Source: an uncultured Phycisphaerales bacterium (GTDB lineage Bacteria; Planctomycetota; Phycisphaerae; Phycisphaerales; SM1A02). From it: a stretch of DNA of 22,934 nucleotides. The notes under the pieces are model-generated. The model saw nothing but the letters and a program-made list of their open reading frames with translations. It was not told the origin of the DNA and did no database searches. Position numbers and translations under genes: made by a program. Each line of letters starts with the position of its first letter. Position 1 is the first letter of the stretch. This document shows, piece after piece, positions 8,807 to 16,387 of this stretch. The stretch is taken from positions 1-22,934 of the forward strand of contig CALKEP010000059.1 of assembly GCA_938084645.1 (NCBI GenBank), read 5' to 3'.

Positions 8807-8998
8807 TGGATTAGTAAGCGTTTGGTAGGCCTCGGACGAACCAGAGTGAGAGACGCCCAGGACGGGCCTTCTGCTGGACTGCGACTTCTCCCGCAGCCCC
8901 CCGTGAACGCCTTGTCGGAAAGAGAGAATCCGGCGTGGCGCCGAGGCAGCAGAAGTAAAGGGTGGGCACTTGTGCGAGTGCCCACCCTTGTTCTTTGC
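8807..8998 (+). ncRNA. Candidate structured non-coding RNA, family not recognised
   Basis: Lies between a promoter-like element and a terminator. Multiple nested and crossing complementarities (see findings). No convincing long ORF. Confidence 0.55.
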
Positions 8999-9000
8999 TT
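8958..9000 (+). terminator. Rho-independent terminator, probably bidirectional
   Basis: Perfect 13-bp stem AAGGGTGGGCACT (8958-8970) / AGTGCCCACCCTT (8977-8989). Followed by GTTCTTTGCTT on +; minus strand reads TTTACTTCT at the stem end. Confidence 0.8.
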
Positions 9001-9029
9001 GGCTTTCCGGGTCGGAAACCACGGCCGGC

Positions 9030-9266
9030 TCACACTTCGAAGCGGTCCGTGATGAGGTCCCGAATCGCTCGCCGAACGTGCTGCCTGCAGCGGGTTTCGA
9101 GGCCCAGGGTCATGGAATCGTCATGGGTGGCGATGGCATTCGCCAGCGCGGCCGAGCCCGCCCGGATCAATGGTGCGCGGGGCACCCGATAGGGCCTTTG
9201 TTTCGCCATCCAGAATGCCGTGGAGGTGACGATTTCGAAGTGGTCATCGACGGTGGGAGTGGCCAT
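9030..9266 (-). CDS. Small protein (78 aa) resembling an isolated sigma-70 region 2 of the FliA/WhiG type
   Basis: High GC3 codon usage. Gap-free by-eye match to the FliA region-2 pattern: V..H..IV...A..M....P..V....LI.AG...L..A...HD.S....LET.....VR.AI.D. Confidence 0.65.
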   Translation of the reverse strand: MATPTVDDHFEIVTSTAFWMAKQRPYRVPRAPLIRAGSAALANAIATHDDSMTLGLETRCRQHVRRAIRDLITDRFEV

Positions 9267-9427
9267 GAGAGGGCATTCGTCGGGGTTGGCATTCCGATGC
9301 AGCAGAGTCGTCGGTCGTCTCGGTTTCGAGGGCGTGTCGAGTTTCCTCGGAGGCGGAAATCTGGGACGCTTGGCACCGATCCGACGCATCCGTCCCCCGA
9401 CCCCCGAGATTTCATCAGGAGCCCGCC

Positions 9428-10453
9428 ATGACACTCGCTCGCAATCCCGTACTCGTCTTTTCGGCGATTTTCGTGCTGCTGGGCGTGTTGATCTCGCGGC
9501 CGGCCGCAGGCGATGATCTCGCAAAGCCCGCATCCTGGGAGGAATTCGCCGCGTACGTCGTCGATGGTGGCGATCTCGGCGGATGGGAGAGTTCGGGGGT
9601 CACCACCGATGTCTGGAAGACCCTGCCTGCGGGGATCAAGTATCGATACCGCGGGCAGGTCAGCCTCGATGAATCCGGGCGACAGGTGGTGCGGACGTTC
9701 ACCTACGTCGACGAGACGGGCAAACTGCTTTCTTCCGGATCCGAGACGATCGTCTGGGATGCGAAGTCGGGGATTCCGGTGAAGGCGCTGAGCGGCCTCG
9801 ACGAGGGACGTCCCTGGTCCGCGTCCGGTCGAATGGTCGGCCTCGACGACTCGAAGACGGTCTTCTCCTCCGAGGAGACCGGTGGCGGCAAGACCTACGA
9901 GCTGCTGACGACCGTCGAACGCACCGGCGAGAACACGCGACGACGAACGGTCGCGCGGGCGGACGGCGAAGAGACGCCGTTCGTCCAGGAATTCACGCGG
10001 GTGAATCAGTTCGTCGAAGCGCTCGCGGGCTGGGATCCCACCGGGACCTGGACCACCGACATGGGCGGCGTGGTCTTCGTGAACGAATCGCGGTGGGGCG
10101 CGGATCGGCGTTGCGTGACGACCACCGAAGGCGTGCGGCTTCCCGATGGATCGATGAACGTGACCGGCAACGGCATCATGTGGTTCGATCCGGTGGCCGG
10201 CGCGATTCGTCAGCGATACGTCTCGAGCACGGGGATGATGCTCGACGGCGAGGTTTCCGCGATCTCGAAGGCTCGGCTCGAGATGCGTTACACGGGCGTC
10301 GACGCCGCGGGCATCCGGCTCGCCGCGATCGTCACCACGACCCGGAAGGACGACGCGTTGACCTCGACGTTCAGTGACATGACGTATGACGGCCGGGCCC
10401 GGATGCCGGCGTGGGCGCGGGAGCCGATGGTCGCGACCCTCGATCGAAAGTGA
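9428..10453 (+). CDS. Secreted hypothetical protein with two internally repeated beta-rich domains
   Basis: AGGAG SD, signal peptide. Halves share G.W....., G...I.WD/FD...G patterns; Thr/Gly/Val-rich. Confidence 0.8.
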   Translation: MTLARNPVLVFSAIFVLLGVLISRPAAGDDLAKPASWEEFAAYVVDGGDLGGWESSGVTTDVWKTLPAGIKYRYRGQVSLDESGRQVVRTFTYVDETGKLLSSGSETIVWDAKSGIPVKALSGLDEGRPWSASGRMVGLDDSKTVFSSEETGGGKTYELLTTVERTGENTRRRTVARADGEETPFVQEFTRVNQFVEALAGWDPTGTWTTDMGGVVFVNESRWGADRRCVTTTEGVRLPDGSMNVTGNGIMWFDPVAGAIRQRYVSSTGMMLDGEVSAISKARLEMRYTGVDAAGIRLAAIVTTTRKDDALTSTFSDMTYDGRARMPAWAREPMVATLDRK

Positions 10454-10463
10454 TCGACGCCGA

Positions 10464-12956
10464 TCAGACGGTCCAGTAGCCGAAGAGCAGACCGAGGTCG
10501 GCGCCGTCGATCCGGCCGTCGTCGTTGAGGTCACCCGGACAGTCGGGTGTGCGGCAGACGCCCCAGCCGACGATCAGCAGTCCGAGATCCGCACCGCCGA
10601 CCGCCCCGTCACCGTCGAGGTCGCCGGGAACCTCGGTCGGTTCGCAGTCGGTCGAGTCGGCGTCGATCCTCATCAGGGCACCCGACGGCACGCAGCCGGA
10701 GACGCCGTCGCTGAAGGTGACGGTGACCCGCTCCGTGCCCGGGTTCCAGGCGATGCGGGTCCGGACGCCGTCCTTCTCGAAGACCGCGAAGTGGGGGGTG
10801 TCGGCGGTCACCGTCGGATCCACCCGGCCCCACGCCGCGAGGGACGAGATCCACTGCCGGGTGTGGGGTCGTGATTCGCCCGGCTCCGGGGCGTAGGAGC
10901 GCGTCTCGTACTCGTTCATCGCGCCGACCGGGTCGCCGAGCGCCCATCCACTCCAGAGGACGTCCTGCCAGATCGTCGGCGTCCCGCCGTTTCGCTGCAT
11001 CATGTAGAGGTGATTGCGTCGCATCACGTTCGGCCATCGTCCGAGATGAAGCGAGCCGGTGGTGATCGGGAGGAGGTTGATCCCGTGGATCTCCTCGGGA
11101 TTGTTGGTCCACCAGGTGGCGTAGTCGCCGCCGTTGCTCCAGACGATGCCGACCAGCGGATGCGGGTAGTTCTCGGGGAAGACCGCGTCGTCCGCGTCGA
11201 ACCAGTACTGGGCGATCGCTTCCGACTCGACCGCGTGGAGGTAGATTCCGAGGTCGCGGATCTCGTCGTTTCCGACCGTCGCGCCCCAGAGGGCCACCGC
11301 AGCCGAGAAGTTGATCGATTCCGAGGACGACTCCTGGTTGTTTCCATTGCCGAAGGCACCGTGCCCGGAGGCGTGCGCGTGGCCCGCGTAGGGATCGAAG
11401 TTCCGCAGGAACGGAAATCGGTCGTCGGCTCGATCCCAGTTTGCGGCGTCGCGGATGAGCAGCTCGACCGCGCCGCCCCAGTCCGCCGCCCACGCTGGAT
11501 CGCGTTGGGCGATCGCGGCCGCGGCCCGGATCAGATAGCCGTAGTGAAAGTGATGGTCGTTCAGTTGGTAGGTGGAGCCGTAGGCGTCCGGATAGCCGAA
11601 CACCGATCCCCAGGTCGACTGATAGGCGAGGAAGCGATCGTCGTTCTCCGACGCGACGTCGAACCAGTCCTCGAGTTCGGACTTCATCTCGGCGAGCAGC
11701 CGGTCCGCGGCGGGTTCGTCGCCGAGTTGCTCGGCGATCGGGAGGAGCATCGCCGCCCGTCCGAGCGACTTGCCGTTCCAGTACGTGTCGTCCCCCCCGA
11801 TCAGGTCGGGGGCGGTCATCACCGCCGCCATCTCCTCGGCGAGTCGGACCGGATCGGACTGACCGAGATCCGGGAGGTTCGGGATCAGGCCGTTGAAGGG
11901 ATGTCGCACCGTGAAGCTCGCGGTGGGGACGAGCTTCATCTCGCCGCGGCTGGTCGACAGTTCGTTGGGAAGATAGGACTCCGGTTCGATCTCGGCGTGA
12001 AGCCACTGGTGGCGGAAGAGCGCGACGATCGGGGTGGCCTTGGTGTTCGGTTCCAGAATGAAGTCGAATTCGGCGACCACTTCGGCGTTCGCCGCGTCAT
12101 ACGACCACGAGGCGCGGGAGTCGATCACCCGGGCATCCGCGGCCGCGAGGAACATCGCCCGCGTCTCGGCGGTCGCGTCGGGAAGACACGCCACCGCGAA
12201 GGTGTCGTCGGGTACGAGGAGGTCGGTGATCAGGACCCCGTTGGTGTACTGCCAGGTTCGCTCCGGCGAGGCGTAGGCGGCGTAGACGTCCCCGGCGATC
12301 CGGAAGCAGGCCTCGCGTCCGTCGATCTCGATCAGTTCGAAGCCGAGGGAAGTCCGCGGGTCGATCACCGGTCGACCACCATCGCTCTTCGCGTAGACGA
12401 ACGGCATGCCGTGGCCGAACGTCGCCTCGAGGGTGCGGCCGTCGTCGCTCCAGCGCGGGGTGACGGTCCAGTCGCCCACCGCGGCGACCGCGAACTGTCC
12501 GCCGGTCAGGCCGCCGGTGGTGATCCGCATCGGCGCGTTGTCGTAGCCGAAGGGGGTGGCGAAGGCGAACGCGGTGTTCGTCGCGTCGGGCGGTCGACCG
12601 AGAAGGAGTCCGTCGGGCGACGCCTGCATCGCGAGCGGCAGCGGGAACATCGGGTTGCCGTAGGGATTGCCGGGGTAGCGTTCCCAGAAGATCGAGGAGC
12701 ACCAGTCGGCCGTGGATGCATGGCCTTCGAAGTCCGGGGTGACGTTCGGGACGACGGGGGCCCCGGTGTTGTCACAGGGGATGCCGCGTCCTTCGGGAAC
12801 CGAGGCGTACCAGCTCGCGGCACCGTGCTCGACGATGTCCTGCCCGCCGGCGAGGTTCGCGATGGACAGGATCCCGGCGGCGATTCCGAACGCCGTCCGT
12901 CCGGTACACGCGGCTCGGTCGCGCTGGGTCGCTGAGGCGTGGCGTGCTCGAGTCAA
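10464..12956 (-). CDS. Glycoside hydrolase family 81 (endo-beta-1,3-glucanase) with C-terminal dockerin-like repeats
   Basis: GH81 motifs DTYWNGKSLGR, LNDHHFHYGY, RNFDPYAGH..ASG, NNQESSSE, EEIHGINLLPIT. C-terminal GDLDGDGAVGGADLG / GDLNDDGRIDGADLG. Start uncertain: TTG 12956 has a GGAG SD and precedes a signal-peptide-like stretch; ORF is open to 13076. Confidence 0.92.
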   Translation of the reverse strand: MTRARHASATQRDRAACTGRTAFGIAAGILSIANLAGGQDIVEHGAASWYASVPEGRGIPCDNTGAPVVPNVTPDFEGHASTADWCSSIFWERYPGNPYGNPMFPLPLAMQASPDGLLLGRPPDATNTAFAFATPFGYDNAPMRITTGGLTGGQFAVAAVGDWTVTPRWSDDGRTLEATFGHGMPFVYAKSDGGRPVIDPRTSLGFELIEIDGREACFRIAGDVYAAYASPERTWQYTNGVLITDLLVPDDTFAVACLPDATAETRAMFLAAADARVIDSRASWSYDAANAEVVAEFDFILEPNTKATPIVALFRHQWLHAEIEPESYLPNELSTSRGEMKLVPTASFTVRHPFNGLIPNLPDLGQSDPVRLAEEMAAVMTAPDLIGGDDTYWNGKSLGRAAMLLPIAEQLGDEPAADRLLAEMKSELEDWFDVASENDDRFLAYQSTWGSVFGYPDAYGSTYQLNDHHFHYGYLIRAAAAIAQRDPAWAADWGGAVELLIRDAANWDRADDRFPFLRNFDPYAGHAHASGHGAFGNGNNQESSSESINFSAAVALWGATVGNDEIRDLGIYLHAVESEAIAQYWFDADDAVFPENYPHPLVGIVWSNGGDYATWWTNNPEEIHGINLLPITTGSLHLGRWPNVMRRNHLYMMQRNGGTPTIWQDVLWSGWALGDPVGAMNEYETRSYAPEPGESRPHTRQWISSLAAWGRVDPTVTADTPHFAVFEKDGVRTRIAWNPGTERVTVTFSDGVSGCVPSGALMRIDADSTDCEPTEVPGDLDGDGAVGGADLGLLIVGWGVCRTPDCPGDLNDDGRIDGADLGLLFGYWTV

Positions 12957-13163
12957 GGATCGAATCTCCGCGGATCGGCGTTCTGAAGAGGCGGGGGGGC
13001 GACGCGTCGGTCCGCGAATCCACCGAGAACATCCACGATAGAAGCATCGATGCCATCCGAAGCGTCGAATTTCCACGAATCGAATCCCCCAACGCGGAGT
13101 CGGGGATCCGTTTCTTCGAATCCGCGGGTTCCGGAGATCCGGTGACGTTCCCCGTCCGGCGGA

Positions 13164-14117
13164 TCAGGACGTCTCGGTCGAGGGCGGTTCGGGCAGCGAG
13201 TCCGCGATCGCGGCGCTGCGGCACTCGGCCTCGATGAAGACCCGCTTCACGTCGGGATGCGCCTCGCGGATCTCCCGGGTGAGCTGATCGATCGCCTGTT
13301 CGACGTCGCCGGCTCGAAGTTCGTCCCGGAAGTCGACGCTGATGTTGAGCAGGATGAAGTTCGGACCCATGTGCAGGGTCAAGACCTCGTTGACGGCCAC
13401 GATCGCGTCGACCGTCGCGGCGCGATCGCGGACGTTCTTGATGATCTCCGGTTCGGCCGCCTCGCCGATCAGCAGCGACTTCGTCCGCACCGCCATCCAC
13501 ACCGCGGTGAAGGCGAGGATCACGCCGATGCACAGGGTGGCGATGCCGTCGAAGATCGGCATGTCCAGGACCTGGTTGAGGACCAGGCCGACGAAGGCGA
13601 CGATCAGCCCGAGCATCGCGGCGGTGTCCTCGAAGAGCACCACGAACGTGGTCGGATCCTTCGACGCCTGCACCGCGGCGGGCAGGGACCGCGGCCCCTG
13701 GAACCGGCGGAACTCCTTGTACGCCAGGTACCACGCGACGCCCTCGAAGATCATCGCGAGGATCAGCACCACGTAGTTGACCATCGGGTTCGACACGGGC
13801 TCCGGATGCATCACCCGGTGGAAACCTTCGTAGAGCGCAATGCCGGAACCGAGGGCGAAGATCAGGATCGCCACCACGAACGACCAGAAGTAGATCTCCT
13901 TGCCATGCCCGAACGGATGGCGGGCATCGGCGGGCGCCTTCGCCTTCCTGATCCCGAAGAGCAGAAGCCCCTGGTTCCCGGTGTCGACGAGGGAATGGAT
14001 TCCCTCGGCCATCATCGCGGACGAGCCGGTGATGCCCGCCGCCACGAACTTGGTGATCGAGATCAGAGAGTTGCCGATGAGGGCGGCGTAGATGATCGTC
14101 TTGTTGCCGGATGCCAT
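13164..14117 (-). CDS. Cation diffusion facilitator (CDF) family transporter
   Basis: K..AA.ITGSSAMMAEGIHSLVDTGNQ, HPFGHGKE, FEDTAA, FDGIAT, LLIGEAA, TLHMGP. Six TM segments plus C-terminal cytosolic domain. Confidence 0.93.
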   Translation of the reverse strand: MASGNKTIIYAALIGNSLISITKFVAAGITGSSAMMAEGIHSLVDTGNQGLLLFGIRKAKAPADARHPFGHGKEIYFWSFVVAILIFALGSGIALYEGFHRVMHPEPVSNPMVNYVVLILAMIFEGVAWYLAYKEFRRFQGPRSLPAAVQASKDPTTFVVLFEDTAAMLGLIVAFVGLVLNQVLDMPIFDGIATLCIGVILAFTAVWMAVRTKSLLIGEAAEPEIIKNVRDRAATVDAIVAVNEVLTLHMGPNFILLNISVDFRDELRAGDVEQAIDQLTREIREAHPDVKRVFIEAECRSAAIADSLPEPPSTETS

Positions 14118-14163
14118 GTGATCAGGGTACCGGTCACGGCCGCCGTTGTCAGGACGAGCGTGC

Positions 14164-15174
14164 TCACGCTCCGAGCATCTTCGCCCCGACGCCGCCTTCG
14201 ACGAACGCATTCTCGAATTCGTCATCCTTGACGCCGACGGGAAGCGACCCCTCCTCGGCCCAGACGTAGAGCACGGCCTTGAGCACCGCTCCGAGGGCGG
14301 ACAGGAACGCACCGTTCACGATCATCACCACGATGAAGCCGCCGAAGAGTCCGGCGGTCACCGCGGGGCTGCCGTCGTGAATGAACTTGATGTCGAGAAA
14401 CAGCATCACGATGCAGGCGATCGCCAGCAGACTGGAGATCATCAGGAGCGGGCCGCCCGCCCGGAGGCCGATCCGCAGGGTCCGCCAGTCGACGTCGGAC
14501 TGCGGGCCCCGGGCCTTGTGGATGCAGTCGCCGATGGTCTTCTTCGAACGACCGATCGCGGAGACCGGATTCACGCCGGTGGCCATGATCGACGTGATCG
14601 AGAAGAAGGTCAGGACCGACCAGGCCGCACCCACCAGGATGGCGATGATCGGACCGGCGAAGCGGATCCGTTCGAGCATGCCGAGCACCACGCCGACCAC
14701 CATGGTGACGCCCCACCACCCCAGAAGCTGGGGCAGTCGAAGGAGCGCCTGTGCATATCCGTAGAGGAGACCACGCCGGTCGTTTCGGGCGATCGCGAGG
14801 GCCGCGGCGTTGACCGCCCCGATCGAGATCACCCCGATCAACGCGTTGACGACGAAGAAGAGGAGCAGGTAGCCGAAGTGCGTGTGTTCGAAGAGCGCTC
14901 CGAGCTCGCGCTGGACCTTCTGATCCTGAGGCGTCTCCCGGGCCTGCTGGCTGTTCGACTCCCCGGCTTCGGCGAGCGCGGCGCCGCCGGCGTCGCGCAG
15001 GGTGTCGCCGACCTGCATCGCCGACATGTCGAAGATCAGCGACCACATCGCGACCAGCAGGACGATCGCGGCGGTGATCCGGATGAAGGGATAGGCGAGC
15101 AGGGTGACGTCGTCACGAACCATGTCCCAGACGAAGGTGGCACTCTTCCGGCGGACGCGCAGTGAGTTCGACAT
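14164..15174 (-). CDS. Polytopic membrane protein, DUF6159-like
   Basis: GGAG SD; multiple TM segments. W..VR.D..LL.YP, G.AWSVLTFF, P..AI.RS, VLKAVLYVWA patterns recall DUF6159. Confidence 0.7.
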   Translation of the reverse strand: MSNSLRVRRKSATFVWDMVRDDVTLLAYPFIRITAAIVLLVAMWSLIFDMSAMQVGDTLRDAGGAALAEAGESNSQQARETPQDQKVQRELGALFEHTHFGYLLLFFVVNALIGVISIGAVNAAALAIARNDRRGLLYGYAQALLRLPQLLGWWGVTMVVGVVLGMLERIRFAGPIIAILVGAAWSVLTFFSITSIMATGVNPVSAIGRSKKTIGDCIHKARGPQSDVDWRTLRIGLRAGGPLLMISSLLAIACIVMLFLDIKFIHDGSPAVTAGLFGGFIVVMIVNGAFLSALGAVLKAVLYVWAEEGSLPVGVKDDEFENAFVEGGVGAKMLGA

Positions 15175-15252
15175 GGTCTTCTCCGTGGTTCGATGAATGA
15201 GGATTCACCCTACTCGGCGGCCACCGAATGGACGAGCGTTTGGTCGGGTGGT

Positions 15253-15558
15253 TCAGTGTCGGAACCAGCGATAGACCATGAGGAAGCCGCCGGCGAGGAA
15301 GACTCCGGCGCCGCCACCGGCGATCACGCCGCAGCCGATGATGGCGTACTCCGGGATCGGCAGGTTCCAGGTGTAGGCCACGGGAATCCCGATGCCCGCA
15401 CCGACGACGAACCCGCCGAGGGAGACGAGGTTGTCGAAGAGTCGGCGTGACGGGCCGGTGATGAGGTCGGTGACGCGGTCGTATCGACTGGTCGTCTCGG
15501 GGGGTGGTTCCGCAAGCGCGTCGGGATCGGTGGGCGGCGAGTCTCGAGGTTCGGTCAC
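15253..15558 (-). CDS. Small hypothetical membrane protein (2 Gly-rich TM helices)
   Basis: GTG start; hydrophobic segments LVSLGGFVVGAGIGIPVAY and AIIGCGVIAGGGAGVFLAGGFLMVY. Confidence 0.7.
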   Translation of the reverse strand: MTEPRDSPPTDPDALAEPPPETTSRYDRVTDLITGPSRRLFDNLVSLGGFVVGAGIGIPVAYTWNLPIPEYAIIGCGVIAGGGAGVFLAGGFLMVYRWFRH

Positions 15559-15698
15559 GGTGGAATCCCGAATCGGTCGAGGGGTCGCAACGCGGTGCCG
15601 TCACCGCGTGCGCGGACGGGATGTTCGATGTCCGATCGAACGAAGGCGTCCCCGGCGGCTGCCGGAGGCGAGGTCCGAGCGATCGAGTGTCGCGGTGG

Positions 15699-16226
15699 TC
15701 AGTTCTTCTTGTCGAGCACCGTCTGGGTGGTGCCGGCGCCGCCGATGATCGGCGACCAGTGGGCGGCCCGCCGCTTCCACTCGCCGTCCTCCCTGGCGAA
15801 GACGATGGTCACGCGGGTCAGGTAGTTGCTGACCGGAGCCCCGCCCTTGGCCTGGAGCGAGCCTTCCGCGTAGTACGTCGCGACCGCGGCCTGTCCGGGA
15901 ACGATCGATTCGACCTCGATGTCCTTGGCGATGATGTTGAGGTTGGTGTAGCTCGGAAGTTCGGCGCCGTTCTCCACGTGCTGCCGGAGACCGCCGCTCG
16001 ACCAGAACTCCACCGAACCGTGCTTCGAGATGACACCCTTGACCTGACGGTTCTCCCGGTTCGACTGCGCCTGGTGGGCGAGGATCATGGCGGTGACCTC
16101 CTTCGCATCGGTGTCGGCGTCGGGGTTCGGAGCGTCCGTCCCGGTGGCGATCGCGGAGAGTGCCGGCCCGAGCAAGGCGACGGACAACAGGAGCACGGTG
16201 GTCTGCGTGAGGCGGTTGATGGACAT
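15699..16226 (-). CDS. Secreted NTF2-like (DUF4440/SnoaL-type) domain protein
   Basis: GGAG SD before ATG 16226; signal peptide. AAVATYY, RVTIVFAREDGEWK...AHWS is the NTF2-like C-terminal signature. Confidence 0.8.
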   Translation of the reverse strand: MSINRLTQTTVLLLSVALLGPALSAIATGTDAPNPDADTDAKEVTAMILAHQAQSNRENRQVKGVISKHGSVEFWSSGGLRQHVENGAELPSYTNLNIIAKDIEVESIVPGQAAVATYYAEGSLQAKGGAPVSNYLTRVTIVFAREDGEWKRRAAHWSPIIGGAGTTQTVLDKKN

Positions 16227-16387
16227 GATCTTCTCCAGTGGATGCAGGTGCCTGGCGATGTCGATGGGTTCATCGAGTGGATCGATCCTCGGATGGGTTG
16301 GTGAAACCGTCAATCGTTTGGTGACGCCGTCGGTGGTTAAGATCGGTCCCGCCCGTGTCTCGACCATCCACTCATCGGGAGTTCTTC

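Noticed and set aside
8829..8955. HDV-like ribozyme, cobalamin riboswitch, SRP or 6S identity for the structured segment
   Set aside because: No P4/J4-2 between the two 3' strands, no B12 box, no SRP domain-IV motif, and no end-to-end rod with a central bubble visible by eye.
8794..9033. 79-aa minus ORF overlapping the sigma2 ORF stop; WFPTRKAKQ faintly recalls the WVPR..RK segment after FliA region 2
   Set aside because: Runs through the terminator and structured region and shows no sigma3/sigma4 pattern. Insufficient to call a frameshifted fliA, though a remnant is not excluded.
9275..9283. CCGACGAAT shared upstream of the sigma2 ORF (minus) and of the 19744 gene (19722-19730), loosely like a sigma28 -10
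   Set aside because: Only two occurrences, weak match to GCCGATAA, and no TAAA -35 seen.
11010..12935. 641-aa plus-strand ORF
   Set aside because: Shadow of the GH81 gene, which has clear family motifs on the opposite strand.
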